A DNA stretch of 55,115 bases. Origin: a virus. Lineage: Duplodnaviria > Caudoviricetes. The position numbers were made by a program, and so were the translations under genes. This document shows, piece by piece, positions 37,723 to 47,792 of this stretch (position 1 is its first letter; every line of letters begins with the position of its first letter). A model generated the notes under the pieces. It was not told the DNA's origin. It made no database searches and was given only the letters and a program-made list of their open reading frames with translations. Location of the stretch: positions 1 to 55,115 of IMG/VR virus record IMGVR_UViG_3300047487_000176; one strand, 5' to 3'.

Positions 37723-38847
37723 TTATTGGAGTCTCAGGTCGAATGGAGACGAATTGAAGTCGATGTCTGGCTGAATCTGGTACGTGTAGACGAGCACGGG
37801 TGGATCGGCTCCGCTCCATCGCGGCGTCCCGTTCGGATTCAGCGCAATCGGCAGGGCGCATGGCCGCTGCGTCGGCTTCGCGTCCTCGCCGATCAGGATC
37901 ATGCCGCGGACCTTTGTGCCGGCCGTGTTTTCGGCGATCGCGATGTTGTTAGGCCAGCCTTCGATCTCCGTGGCGATGCCGCTTGTGCTCTCCTTTTTCT
38001 TGAGCGCGAGCGATCCGGCCTCAACATTGGCCGCCTCTGCGGCGGCTTTTGAGGCGTAGCCGATGTTCAGGATGTTGACGCCTTCGACGATCTGGGCGTG
38101 GTCCCAGCCGAGATTGATGCTGGACCCGCTGATTTCAAGTTCGTTCTGCTTGTACACGAACTCATACGACGCCTTCCAGCCTCGGTACAGGACAGTCCCG
38201 TACTGCTCAAGAGCCGGTTGCGTCGACACGCCGCGGAACATCAGCGTGTGCTGGGAGCATGTGAGTGATCCGATGGTGATCGGAGCGCTGTTTACGTAAC
38301 CCGCGTAGACGCAGAATCGCGTTGGGTCGTTCAGTACGAACTGATCGACGGTCACGGTGCTCACCGGAACCAGCCTCGTCACGCCTTCGTACCTGTCGCC
38401 AGCCGGGTTCACTGGGGCCGTCCAGTCCGTACCGCCTCCGATAATCAACGCGCTTGCTGCGTCGCCGAACGGCTTCCACTGAAACGCCGGCGCCTCAGTG
38501 AGCGTCGTGGAAATCGACCATTTCGCCGGCCTGATGTCCGGCGAGAACTGCCCGGGGTCTTGGCCTGCGTCACCACCTCCCGGCGTCGTCCGGTAGTTGA
38601 ACGTCGCGACGATCACCATCCGGCTGTCGCCGTCGTACTGGGCGGAGTAGGACGCGCAGTAGAGGCCGGACTCGGTCGGATGCTCTTGGCCGATCTGGAC
38701 GCCGCAGGTCGCGGCTACGTTGATGTACTCGCCGACGTCGGACTTGATGATCCTGAAGACCCGCGTCGTCGAGGAGGCGATCTGCCCCTCTTCCGACGAG
38801 AAGTCGTACTGGACGCCGGCGTAGACCTCTTTCACCATCTTCGGCAT
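37723..38847 (-). CDS. Tail tip / hub-like protein
   Basis: Second gene after tape measure; beta-rich. Confidence 0.5.
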   Translation of the reverse strand: MPKMVKEVYAGVQYDFSSEEGQIASSTTRVFRIIKSDVGEYINVAATCGVQIGQEHPTESGLYCASYSAQYDGDSRMVIVATFNYRTTPGGGDAGQDPGQFSPDIRPAKWSISTTLTEAPAFQWKPFGDAASALIIGGGTDWTAPVNPAGDRYEGVTRLVPVSTVTVDQFVLNDPTRFCVYAGYVNSAPITIGSLTCSQHTLMFRGVSTQPALEQYGTVLYRGWKASYEFVYKQNELEISGSSINLGWDHAQIVEGVNILNIGYASKAAAEAANVEAGSLALKKKESTSGIATEIEGWPNNIAIAENTAGTKVRGMILIGEDAKPTQRPCALPIALNPNGTPRWSGADPPVLVYTYQIQPDIDFNSSPFDLRLQ

Positions 38848-38850
38848 GGA

Positions 38851-39219
38851 TCAGCCCTCTGTGATGTCCACGCGGAGGCGGGCGCCGGAGACGCCGATCG
38901 CGACGTACTCGGTGCCGCTCGTCATCCTCGTGATCGCCGGCTCGCCGCCCCGGAGCGTCGCGAACCCGACGAACGAGCCGCCGGCCTCGATGCCGATCTG
39001 CACGGTCGATGCCGACGAGGTCGCGAGGTTCCGCAGGAACGCCACGCCGACCGTCGACAGGTTCGCCGTCGATATGACGGTCGAATTCGTCGTGAGGTCG
39101 TAGACGACGCTCTTGTAGCCGGCGGCGGCCATAGAGGCCGTGACCTGACTGATTTGAATCTGGTTCGACAGATTGCCCTTGTCGACCTTGAGCGTCATGG
39201 AGTAGGTGATGTCTGCCAT
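38851..39219 (-). CDS. Virion structural protein
   Basis: Follows tape measure; FLRNL motif shared with 47304 (FVKNL) and 46842 (YVKNK). Confidence 0.5.
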   Translation of the reverse strand: MADITYSMTLKVDKGNLSNQIQISQVTASMAAAGYKSVVYDLTTNSTVISTANLSTVGVAFLRNLATSSASTVQIGIEAGGSFVGFATLRGGEPAITRMTSGTEYVAIGVSGARLRVDITEG

Positions 39220-39230
39220 CGGTGGGTTCC

Positions 39231-42200
39231 TTACTGGGCTACCTGCGGGCCTTCGCGTCCTATCTGCACCAATTCGTTGAGCGCCTGCGTCTGCTTCTGG
39301 AGTTCAATCAGGTTCACGTCCCTCGCCGGGTCTTCGCCGCGGAGGAGCCTGTTGAGTTCCTGCTGGCCTTGGAGCGTGGATGCGTCGGAGGCTTGCAGGG
39401 CTGCCCGCGACGGGCCTTGCAGGAGGGCGTTGGCGACTTCGTCGGAGAAGCCGACGAGGAGCGGAGCAACCTGTTCGGCCTGCTGGCGGAAGGCTCGTTG
39501 CTGCGCTTCGGCGACTGCTAATTCGTCGATCGGCCTGTTTTGCTCCCCCGCATTCCGTTGCGCAGCCAGCCGGATATTCTCAAAATCTCTCGCCAACTGC
39601 TCGCCGGCGCGCTCGGCCGGGGTTTCAAGCAACTCTTGCCCTGCGGCCTCAAGAAGTGGTCGCTGTCGTTCGCGGATATCTTGGGCAACGGCTTTTTGTG
39701 TGTTCTCTTCGAGAAACCCCCTAAAAGTCCCTATCTGTTGGTCTTGTATTTCTTGAAGTCGCTGTCGCGCGGCCTGCACTCCTTGCAAATTGAGCGTTCC
39801 AGATGAAATCTGATCGAGCAGCCGCTGCCGCTCCGCAAGTATTTTTGGGCCGTTGCCCAAGATATCCGCGAACGACTCCGCCTGCGTTCTAATTCTTTCT
39901 AGCCTAACCTGCGCGGCGTTGGCCGACTCGCGCTGCCGGGCGAGGTCTTGCCTCGCTCGCACGACGTCGCGCTGCGACTGCGGCGTGCTGAATGCGGTGT
40001 TTCTTTCAATGGCGGCATTAAGCGCCTGCTGCGCCTGTTGTGTGCGAGACACGACTCCGTCTTGGGCATCGTTGATCGCCTCTGAGAACAATCGTATGGC
40101 GTCCGTGGAGGACTCTAGTCGACTTGCCTGAACAGAAATCGCGTCGAGCGAGTTTTGAGCCGATTGCTGTGCCTGTGGGTTTTGTGCCGCTCGCGCGTCC
40201 TCGAATTCGCGAACAGCCTCGCTTCGGCGGAACTCTAAGTCCCGCAAAACCCTCGCGGCCCGCCCTTCCGGCACTCTCGCTTCATCTAGGCTTTGGCGGA
40301 TACGAGCGAAGCGGGCGTCAAGCGTAGACTGAGGATCAAGTGCCAATCGCTGGCGGAACTCGAATGCCTCGTTCTCTAGGCCGAAGCCACTTTTTCGCAG
40401 TTCCGAAACACGCTCGGTCGCTGCCCGACGACGGCGTTCTGCGGCATCAATTGCGCCCGCTCTCGTGGGGTCGTTTGCCGGCAGTCGCTGCGCGTTTACC
40501 AGAGCGTTGGTGGCATCGTTGACCTCGCGCTCCGCGGCCGTGAGCGCTTCCGCGAGTTTTGTCAATTTCTGGTTGAACGAGACGGCATTCGGCAGTCCCT
40601 GACGTATGGCTTCTCGCAAATCGTCCTGCGCCTGACCAATGCCGAGCGCCGCTGCACGCAGGGAGATGACGACGTTGACGGCTTCCTCGCCGATTCTTGC
40701 TATATCCTCTCGCTGGATAGCCGCAAGGAGCGAGGCGATCTCCTGCAATTGGCGATCGATTTCTGGTCTTTCGGAACTTGGAACTGGAGAAACAGTGTCG
40801 CGGCGACGAGCAGTCAATTCATCGCGGCGACTCTCCAGCGCAATCTCGGCATCCCTCGCGGAGCGGATGGCGGCACCGTCGCCGGCGAGGAACTCCTGCA
40901 CTCTCCTTTCTGCCTCCCGCCTGCCTGCGTCTGGCGCTTGGGTTCCTCTAAAAGTAGCCAGCGTCAGTCGCTCAATTTGCGTCGCGATTTCACTGACGAC
41001 GTCTGCGACTGCTGCTGGTGGACGCACGGCAGCGGCATCCGCCGCCGCCCGTTCCCTTGCCTGCGACTGCTCGATCTCGCGGCGAAGCGAGACAACCTGC
41101 CCTACTGTGGTGGCGTTTTGCAGTTCACGCTCGCGGGCAGCCTGCAAGGCGCGCTCGCGCTGAACCGTAGGATCAAGCGCCGCCGCCTGCTCTCGTTGGG
41201 CCTCTCGCTGCTGCTGCCGTAGTTGCTCGATCTCCCGGCGGAATTCCTCTGCGTCGCGGGCGCCTCCAGAGAAGGCACCGAGCGTGATCGACTGTCCTAG
41301 ATTCCTGAAGGACTCGGCCAACTGATCGACAAGCGTTCTCTGCTGCGACAGGGCGTCGTTGAGGGCTTTTGTTCGGTCGGTCGCTTCGACCCCTGAGTTT
41401 GCCCATTTGATTAAAAACGCAATCGCCTGCGCGCCGACAGAAGCGCTGACGCCAGCGATCAGGCCGTAGGTGCCGCCAAGGACGAAGCCCAACTGCGAAA
41501 TATTGTTTCCGACAGCCCTGATTCGCTGGTTTATGTCCCCAGTCACGGAGAAGAAGTCATCTACCGCGAATGCGGCCTGCTGGATAGCGAGTCCGGCGTT
41601 TCCGAACGATCCGCGCGCGACGTCACCGGACCGGTTGAGGTTCTCGTTGAGACGACGCACGCTGATGCCTGAAACAGCGGCGGTCGCGTTGACGGCACTC
41701 TGCTCGACCCTGTTGATTTCAGCCGCGAGCCTGCGGAAGCCGCCCTGCGTGTTCGCTGCCTGCTGGAGCGTGGCCGCGTACCTGTCGGCGGCGGCCTCGG
41801 CCTGCGTCGTGTCGCCTGTGGCTCTTGCTAGTTGCTGCCGCAGGGCAGCGAGCCGGCCGGCAGCACGTTGGATGTCGCTCGCGTCGGCAAAGTCGCGAAA
41901 CGAACCGCCGAACGCATTGAAAGCCCGCTCTGCCCGGCCGACCTCCTGCCGCAACTGCACGACACGTTGCGTGGCACGCTCCAGTTCCTCCGGGGAGGCG
42001 TCGGTCGCGGCGAGGCGGAGGAGTTCGTTCTCGGCATCGCGGATTGCCGGGATGAACCTTGCCCTCACGCCGACTGGCAACTGGTCGATCTGGTTCTTGA
42101 CCTGAACCGTCGCGGTCTCGAGCCGTGCGAACTCGGCGGCCGACGAGGCGATGTCGGGACCGAGGCGGTCGGAGATGCCTTGGAGTTGGGCGGTGCGCTC

Positions 42201-43568
42201 TGCTGTCGGGTCCGGCTGAGTGATGACTGGTGGGAGAAACGTAGAGGCCGCCTCAACGCGGCGGCGGCGGTCGGCGATTGCCTCCTCTGCGGCTGCTCGT
42301 TGCTCCCGCTCCGCCGCGATATCTCTGATTCGCTGTTGGATCGTGCGGCCCGTCGGGTCTCTGTCGGACCTAAGAGGAGTGGACGCACCGATGTTTGCTG
42401 CGATCTCGCGTTCTCTGTTCTGCGAGTCGATGCCTGCCTGAATCTCCTCGCGGGCGCGAATAGCGTTCCGCCGCACTAGGTTAAGGCTGCTTAAGGCGTC
42501 GGTCACGTCCAAGCCGAGTTCAGTCTGCTGCTGCACCCGCAACTGATATTGTGTGACTAGTTCTTCCGCATAGTTGAGTTGTGAGAGCAGGCCAGCGAAT
42601 CGTGACGGGTCGGGCGCCTCCGACGCCGCCCGTCGCAGTGCTGCGGACGAACGCAACTCTCTCGCAACGTCTGGGTTCGTGAAGATCAGTTCGTTGCCAC
42701 GAGGGCCGGCTGCCGTGAGCGCCTGCAACTCGGAAGCCAGCCGCGTTTGACGCTCGAGTTGTGCGTTGACTTCTCCGAGCCGCTGCACCTGACCATCCAG
42801 AGCACGCTGCGCCCGTGCGATCGCGTCGTAGTCCTCCTGACGTGTGTTTCGGATGTTTTCAAGGACTGCGAGCAGCCTCGCGGCCTCTTCCGCCTCGCGC
42901 TGCTGGAGCGCGACGATTCTGGCGATCTCGTTGCCGTAACTTCCTCGTGCGCTCGCCGGCAGAGCGCCGGCCTGACCCTGAATCGCCGCAGCGCGCTGAA
43001 GTTCGGCTTGCAGGCCAGCCTGCTGAAACCGCAACTCTTGACCGCTCGCAAGGCCGGAAACGGCGGAGCCTGCCTCGGAGAGGCGGCGGATCGAAATCAC
43101 CGTCTCGTCAACCACCCGCTTGTATCGCTCGTAGTCTTGGGCGTTCTTGATCGCGCCGCGCGAGATTTCAGCCTGAGCGGTCGCAGCGGCCTCCTGCGCC
43201 TGTACCAACGACCCGATGAACTCGTTCTGGATCGTTGCCGACAGGCCAGCGAACGCTTTGGCGCTTGATCCGAGCGGCCTTGCGATGTCCTCGGCGGCAC
43301 CGACAATCGCACGCAGTTTTTCTTCAGCCCCGCCGGTGTCGATGTTCAGGCGGTCTCGCGACCTCGCCTGAATCGCACGCTCCAGTCGCTGGATCGGCGT
43401 GAAAATCTGGTCGAAGGACCGGGCGGCTGCCGAGTTGGCCGAAGAGAGCGTCGAACTGATCCGTTTGGCGAATCGATCGACGTCCTTGGCGCTGTTGTCC
43501 AGCCCGCGGCTGAACTGCGCCATGTTGATCGTGCCAACGGCGGCGATCTTGCCGATGTAGTTCGCCAT
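39231..43568 (-). CDS. Tail tape measure protein
   Basis: 1445 aa, Ala/Arg/Gln-rich helical, central hydrophobic segment, follows chaperones. Confidence 0.9.
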   Translation of the reverse strand: MANYIGKIAAVGTINMAQFSRGLDNSAKDVDRFAKRISSTLSSANSAAARSFDQIFTPIQRLERAIQARSRDRLNIDTGGAEEKLRAIVGAAEDIARPLGSSAKAFAGLSATIQNEFIGSLVQAQEAAATAQAEISRGAIKNAQDYERYKRVVDETVISIRRLSEAGSAVSGLASGQELRFQQAGLQAELQRAAAIQGQAGALPASARGSYGNEIARIVALQQREAEEAARLLAVLENIRNTRQEDYDAIARAQRALDGQVQRLGEVNAQLERQTRLASELQALTAAGPRGNELIFTNPDVARELRSSAALRRAASEAPDPSRFAGLLSQLNYAEELVTQYQLRVQQQTELGLDVTDALSSLNLVRRNAIRAREEIQAGIDSQNREREIAANIGASTPLRSDRDPTGRTIQQRIRDIAAEREQRAAAEEAIADRRRRVEAASTFLPPVITQPDPTAERTAQLQGISDRLGPDIASSAAEFARLETATVQVKNQIDQLPVGVRARFIPAIRDAENELLRLAATDASPEELERATQRVVQLRQEVGRAERAFNAFGGSFRDFADASDIQRAAGRLAALRQQLARATGDTTQAEAAADRYAATLQQAANTQGGFRRLAAEINRVEQSAVNATAAVSGISVRRLNENLNRSGDVARGSFGNAGLAIQQAAFAVDDFFSVTGDINQRIRAVGNNISQLGFVLGGTYGLIAGVSASVGAQAIAFLIKWANSGVEATDRTKALNDALSQQRTLVDQLAESFRNLGQSITLGAFSGGARDAEEFRREIEQLRQQQREAQREQAAALDPTVQRERALQAARERELQNATTVGQVVSLRREIEQSQARERAAADAAAVRPPAAVADVVSEIATQIERLTLATFRGTQAPDAGRREAERRVQEFLAGDGAAIRSARDAEIALESRRDELTARRRDTVSPVPSSERPEIDRQLQEIASLLAAIQREDIARIGEEAVNVVISLRAAALGIGQAQDDLREAIRQGLPNAVSFNQKLTKLAEALTAAEREVNDATNALVNAQRLPANDPTRAGAIDAAERRRRAATERVSELRKSGFGLENEAFEFRQRLALDPQSTLDARFARIRQSLDEARVPEGRAARVLRDLEFRRSEAVREFEDARAAQNPQAQQSAQNSLDAISVQASRLESSTDAIRLFSEAINDAQDGVVSRTQQAQQALNAAIERNTAFSTPQSQRDVVRARQDLARQRESANAAQVRLERIRTQAESFADILGNGPKILAERQRLLDQISSGTLNLQGVQAARQRLQEIQDQQIGTFRGFLEENTQKAVAQDIRERQRPLLEAAGQELLETPAERAGEQLARDFENIRLAAQRNAGEQNRPIDELAVAEAQQRAFRQQAEQVAPLLVGFSDEVANALLQGPSRAALQASDASTLQGQQELNRLLRGEDPARDVNLIELQKQTQALNELVQIGREGPQVAQ

Positions 43569-43569
43569 C

Positions 43570-43890
43570 TCACGATCCCTGCGGCGGGCCGAACAACTTG
43601 GACAACTCCGCGATCATCTGCTCGTTGGACTGCGGCTTCTTCCTTGATGCCGGGATGAACACGTCCTCGTCGGGGATGCGCTTGTAGTTCCCGCTCGCGG
43701 CCATGATCGTCCGGCAGATGCGTGCCGTCTGAAGCCACGGGTTCGGTAGCGGGTATATCTGGTCAAACGCTGCCCACTCGGAGAGTTCCTCGCTGTCGAC
43801 GGTGTTCAGGAGTTCCTTGACACTGCGGCCGAGCGCCAGAGCCAGCCTCAAGTAGAAGAGGCGTTCTGGGCGCTCGGCGAATCGTTTCCC
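43570..43890 (-). CDS. Tail assembly chaperone, -1 frameshift extension (gpGT-like)
   Basis: Slippery G GGA AAC at 43890-43884 leads into KRFAERPERLFYLRLALALG...ELSEWAAF. Confidence 0.85.
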   Translation of the reverse strand, partial: GKRFAERPERLFYLRLALALGRSVKELLNTVDSEELSEWAAFDQIYPLPNPWLQTARICRTIMAASGNYKRIPDEDVFIPASRKKPQSNEQMIAELSKLFGPPQGS

Positions 43891-44213
43891 AGCGCCTCCA
43901 CGGCGGCCGGCGTGAAGGCGTTGAACTCCCACGCGACGTCGAACAGGCGATTGATCACCGCGCTCGACTTCTTGTTGAGAGCCTCCACCTCGTCGTTCGT
44001 GAAGAGGCGGTCGCCGTCGGCGTTGCAGATGGTCAGCACGAGGAACCTCGTGCGGAACGACTCCATCTTCTTGTCGGCAAACGCCTGCTCGAACACGTCG
44101 CGATCGGCACCGCTGATGACGCGGACGCAGACGCTCCCGCCCCACTCGGCGACCTCGACCTCCTTGGTCTTGATGTCCTTCGCTTCGAGGATCGCCTTCT
44201 TCGACAGGATCAC
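43848..44213 (-). CDS. Tail assembly chaperone (gpG-like)
   Basis: EVAEWGGSVCVR...GDRLF; ends just after slippery site (ALGN). Confidence 0.85.
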   Translation of the reverse strand: MILSKKAILEAKDIKTKEVEVAEWGGSVCVRVISGADRDVFEQAFADKKMESFRTRFLVLTICNADGDRLFTNDEVEALNKKSSAVINRLFDVAWEFNAFTPAAVEALGNDSPSAQNASST

Positions 44214-44223
44214 GGATAACCTC

Positions 44224-44589
44224 CTACACCGTGGAATCGGTCATACGAAACTTCAACTGGCCGCGAACCACGTCGGCCGTTTGTGCTGTGACACTCGCGC
44301 TCTCGAGGATCGCCCGCCGGCTGACCGAGTAGGCCGAACTGGTGAACGCGAGGATGCCGTTGGTTCCGATCAGCGTCTGCGGGTCGGTGCCGCCGGCGTA
44401 GAGGAAGTCCACCGTCACCGAGCCGCCCGTGATCGCTCCGGTCGCGACCTGCACCGTGTACCCCGTCGCGTCGCCGACGCCCGTCATGTCCACGATCTCG
44501 GCGACAGGCGTCTCCACCTGCACGCTGGTCACCGTCGCGGCGATGCCGTTGAAGGTGAAGGTCGCGTTGTAGGGCACGCCGATCGGCAC
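44224..44589 (-). CDS. Tail tube-like protein paralogue 3
   Basis: TFTFNG, IVDMT, G.VTVDF, VRGQLKFR. Confidence 0.65.
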   Translation of the reverse strand: MPIGVPYNATFTFNGIAATVTSVQVETPVAEIVDMTGVGDATGYTVQVATGAITGGSVTVDFLYAGGTDPQTLIGTNGILAFTSSAYSVSRRAILESASVTAQTADVVRGQLKFRMTDSTV

Positions 44590-44591
44590 GG

Positions 44592-44948
44592 TCAGACCTG
44601 CACGCGGAAGGAGGCGCTCCCTCGCACCAAGTCACCTGCGGACGCGGTGACCTGCACCGACACGCACGTCGCGACGGCGCCCGTAAAGGAGAACGCTCCG
44701 GCGATCGAGATCGCCCCGGTCGCCCCGATGGCCGGCGGCGTGCCGGAGATGAACTCCACCTCGACGTTTGGCCGCTCGTCTGATGTGCGGTGCGTGATGT
44801 ACGTCGGCTCGAAGTCGTCGCGGCCAAGGCCCATGTGCGGAGCCGAGACCGTCGCACGCTCGGAGCCGCCGACGTATCGCACGCTGGTCGATGCGAACGT
44901 GGCGCCGTTGAACGTGAAAGTCGTGCCTTGGGATGAGACTCCCGCCAT
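44592..44948 (-). CDS. Tail tube-like protein paralogue 2
   Basis: MAGVSSQGTTFTFNG...GDLVRGSASFRV. Confidence 0.65.
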   Translation of the reverse strand: MAGVSSQGTTFTFNGATFASTSVRYVGGSERATVSAPHMGLGRDDFEPTYITHRTSDERPNVEVEFISGTPPAIGATGAISIAGAFSFTGAVATCVSVQVTASAGDLVRGSASFRVQV

Positions 44949-44951
44949 CGC

Positions 44952-45287
44952 TTACGCGACGCGGAACGTCGCACTCCCAGAGACGAGGGCGCCGACCGAC
45001 CCGCCGAGCGACGCGGACGCACAGGTCGCGTTGCCGCTGAAGTTGATCGGCCCCGTGATCGACAGGGCGCCGGACGCACCGGCGGTGAGGATGTTCGTGG
45101 AGATGTAGTCGACGGTGACCTCGCGGTCGGTCGCAAAGCCGCCGACGAACTCTCGCCGCTGGTTCGGGCCGATGCCGAGGTGGCTGCCGTCGATGAGGTC
45201 TTGCGTGTCATTGACCTGCACGCTCGTGATCGTCAGCGTCGTGCCGCCGAACGAAAACGTCAGTCCCTGTGCGGAAATACCAGCCAT
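44952..45287 (-). CDS. Tail tube-like protein paralogue 1
   Basis: MAGISAQGLTFSFGG...GALVSGSATFRV; AGGAGG SD. Confidence 0.7.
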   Translation of the reverse strand: MAGISAQGLTFSFGGTTLTITSVQVNDTQDLIDGSHLGIGPNQRREFVGGFATDREVTVDYISTNILTAGASGALSITGPINFSGNATCASASLGGSVGALVSGSATFRVA

Positions 45288-45326
45288 TGCCGCGCCTCCT
45301 TGCGCCTAGTTGTGTTTTTCTGTCGG

Positions 45327-45749
45327 CTAAGACTGCGACTCCTGCCACCTCGCCTGCCACAGTTGCCGGACCTCGTAGGCCGGAGGCATCTGCGAACCGA
45401 CGGTGGTGGGGTCTAGGAAGTCGTCCGTCTCCGACACCAACCTCATATCTTCAATTGTAACCCCGGCAAGCGTGCCAGTTCGGCCGTCCAGCGCAAGCCG
45501 GACGTCGTCTGCGAGTTCCCTCGCGGCGTCGTGGGTGAGCGCCCACGAGGCGACTTGGATGCTGACCATCGGCAGGTAGAGCGGCCCCGAGAGCGTCGAC
45601 TCCCGGGCCACATTTGCTCGCTTGTAGACAAGGAACGGGAAGTCGGTCTTCGGCACCGCCACGGCGTAGATTCGGAACCCGACCCGCCGGGCCACCGCGG
45701 GGTTGCCGGCGAGGACTTGGTAGATGTGCTTTTCGGGCTGGAGGAGCAT
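45327..45749 (-). CDS. Tail terminator / completion protein (DUF3168-like)
   Basis: VG.RIY..P....PFLVY; VR.ALDG; synteny. Confidence 0.75.
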   Translation of the reverse strand: MLLQPEKHIYQVLAGNPAVARRVGFRIYAVAVPKTDFPFLVYKRANVARESTLSGPLYLPMVSIQVASWALTHDAARELADDVRLALDGRTGTLAGVTIEDMRLVSETDDFLDPTTVGSQMPPAYEVRQLWQARWQESQS

Positions 45750-45751
45750 GG

Positions 45752-46525
45752 CTAGTTGCTCAGGTCGGCGACGAACTTGGTCAGGGACGCCCGCACCGCC
45801 GACAGGACGGCCTGCCGGCTGTCTCCGATGGCTCGCTCCATCGGGTGCTGGGCACGCATGGCGCCGTAGGTTTCGTTGGGCGACAGGAAGTACGGCCGCG
45901 TGCCGCCGCCGCTCGTGCGGACGAACGCCCCGCGGCCGGTCCTGCGGGCCGGGTGCCGCTCGTTGATGCTGCCCATCAGGAAGTAGTACCCGCGGCCCAT
46001 CTGCTCGAATTGCTCGTTGTCGAAGACGAACCCGCCCTCGCGGTTTGTGATCCGCCGGAAACGCCGGTTGATCTTCTCGTGGACGTTCAGGTACGTGCGG
46101 CGGTTCTGGGTGGACGGCCGGCGGCGGTCGGTGCCGAATTCAAGCAAAAATGCGTGGTTCCCGGCCCCCTTCTCCTCGACGTCCCACTCCTTCCCCGACA
46201 CGGAGTGCTGCGGGCCGGCGACGGCGATGTAGATGCCTTCGTAGGTCCGCTTTCCCTTCCGCGAGACCGTGGCGCGGCTCAGGTTCCCCGTGACGCTGTT
46301 GACCTTCCCGCGGTACGAGTCGCGGACGGCCTCCATGCCTTTGATGATCGACTTCTGAAGGTAGCCGCCGGGGTCTTGCAGGCACTTGTCGGCCGCCCGC
46401 TCGAGCGCGGTGATCAGGTCGCCGATGCCGGAGATGTCGAAACTGGCGAACGACTCAGCCGCCTCGCGTGCCGTGCCGCCGCGAGGCAGAATCCGCGATG
46501 TCGTTGCGTCGAGGCGAACTGCCAT
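45752..46525 (-). CDS. Neck protein (HK97 gp10-like)
   Basis: TGNL, HAFLLEFGT, M.AQHPM..A; synteny. Confidence 0.7.
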   Translation of the reverse strand: MAVRLDATTSRILPRGGTAREAAESFASFDISGIGDLITALERAADKCLQDPGGYLQKSIIKGMEAVRDSYRGKVNSVTGNLSRATVSRKGKRTYEGIYIAVAGPQHSVSGKEWDVEEKGAGNHAFLLEFGTDRRRPSTQNRRTYLNVHEKINRRFRRITNREGGFVFDNEQFEQMGRGYYFLMGSINERHPARRTGRGAFVRTSGGGTRPYFLSPNETYGAMRAQHPMERAIGDSRQAVLSAVRASLTKFVADLSN

Positions 46526-46845
46526 CACTGCACCTCTCTGGCGAGCATCTCGAGGTACGTGCGGTTCCCGCGCTCCGTCACGCTCGCTAGTTCCATTGTC
46601 CTGCCCCTCCAGACCACGCGGTGGAGGTGCGTGACGTCCTCGCGATACCGGATGCGGATGCGGTGGGTGGCGATCACGTTGGCCTGCTGGGCTTGCAGGA
46701 CGTCCCGGCTCGACAGCCCCTCCACCTGCGCCCAGAACGTCCCGACGGTCGTCTCCCACGAGAACGTCGACTCGCCCGAGAAACTCCGCGTCTCAGTCGG
46801 GGCGAGGATCGTCACACGCTCGGTGTACTTGCCGATGTCGATCAC
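46525..46845 (-). CDS. Head closure / head-tail adaptor
   Basis: IGKY.ERVTI, WAQVE, THRIRIRYR. Confidence 0.85.
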   Translation of the reverse strand: MIDIGKYTERVTILAPTETRSFSGESTFSWETTVGTFWAQVEGLSSRDVLQAQQANVIATHRIRIRYREDVTHLHRVVWRGRTMELASVTERGNRTYLEMLAREVQ

Positions 46846-47300
46846 GACACGCTCCCGTTCCCGAGGAGCACGATGTCGTAGGAGCCGCCGTTGGTCCCGG
46901 TCACCGTCACGCCGGAGGCCGACATCCCGGTCGCCGACGGGTCGGACTGCACCGCCACGGCTCCGGCCGCCACGGTCAGGCCGGAGGCCGGGAACGGCGC
47001 TCCGGCGAACGCGAGGCTCGACGCCCCCTTGTTCTTGACGTAGTAGAGTTTCACGGCCGTGAGCGTCACGGTGACCGTGGCCCCGTCACGGACGTCCGAG
47101 AGCGTCGCCAGCGAGAACGTCTGCGACGCCCCGGAGAGCGTCTTCGTGGCGCTCCACGCCAGTTGGGCTTGGTTGCCCGCCGTGCCGTTGGTCAGCGACT
47201 GGGCGTAGGACGCCGGCGTCACCCGCAGCGACGAGGACAGGTCCGTCGCCGAGGTCTCGTGTGCCAGTACCGACAGGCTGATCTGTGCCGAGAATGCCAT
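46842..47300 (-). CDS. Virion structural protein (neck region)
   Basis: Thr/Ser-rich; resembles 47304-47792. Confidence 0.5.
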   Translation of the reverse strand: MAFSAQISLSVLAHETSATDLSSSLRVTPASYAQSLTNGTAGNQAQLAWSATKTLSGASQTFSLATLSDVRDGATVTVTLTAVKLYYVKNKGASSLAFAGAPFPASGLTVAAGAVAVQSDPSATGMSASGVTVTGTNGGSYDIVLLGNGSVS

Positions 47301-47303
47301 CGC

Positions 47304-47792
47304 TCACGTCCCCATCGCGTAGAACTCGTACCGTTCGGAAGGCACGCCGCCAACCCGGAGGATCGATCCCCCGACGGTCGTTCCGAACCCGTCCGAGTTC
47401 GGGCACGACAAAAGCCACGCCCCCAGCGGCCGGATCGGAAACCCGCGGAGCGTCAGGCTCCCGAGGTTGACCATCGGCGAGAAGTTCCACGACGTCACGT
47501 CCTGCCGGAAGATCGAGAACTGCGTGCCGTTCCAGCCGGCCGACAGGCCGATCGCCGACGTCTCCGAGAGGTTCTTCACGAAGAGCAACTTCACGACCGC
47601 GAGGCCGCCGGTGGCGAAGTTGATCTCGTCGTAGCCGATCGCGCCGAACGTCCTCCGCTCCGCGTACACGCGGTCGCAGTCGCCGGCGTCCACGCCGATC
47701 GAGATCGGCTTCACCTCGACACCCGTCGCCAGCCCGCTCTGCGTCGTGCGGCGGGCGTCGACGCTTGCGCGAATCTGGGCGGTGAGGGTCAT
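47304..47792 (-). CDS. Virion structural protein (neck region)
   Basis: ATG 47792 overlaps connector stop; LTAQI / VKLLFVKN similar to the next gene. Confidence 0.5.
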   Translation of the reverse strand: MTLTAQIRASVDARRTTQSGLATGVEVKPISIGVDAGDCDRVYAERRTFGAIGYDEINFATGGLAVVKLLFVKNLSETSAIGLSAGWNGTQFSIFRQDVTSWNFSPMVNLGSLTLRGFPIRPLGAWLLSCPNSDGFGTTVGGSILRVGGVPSERYEFYAMGT

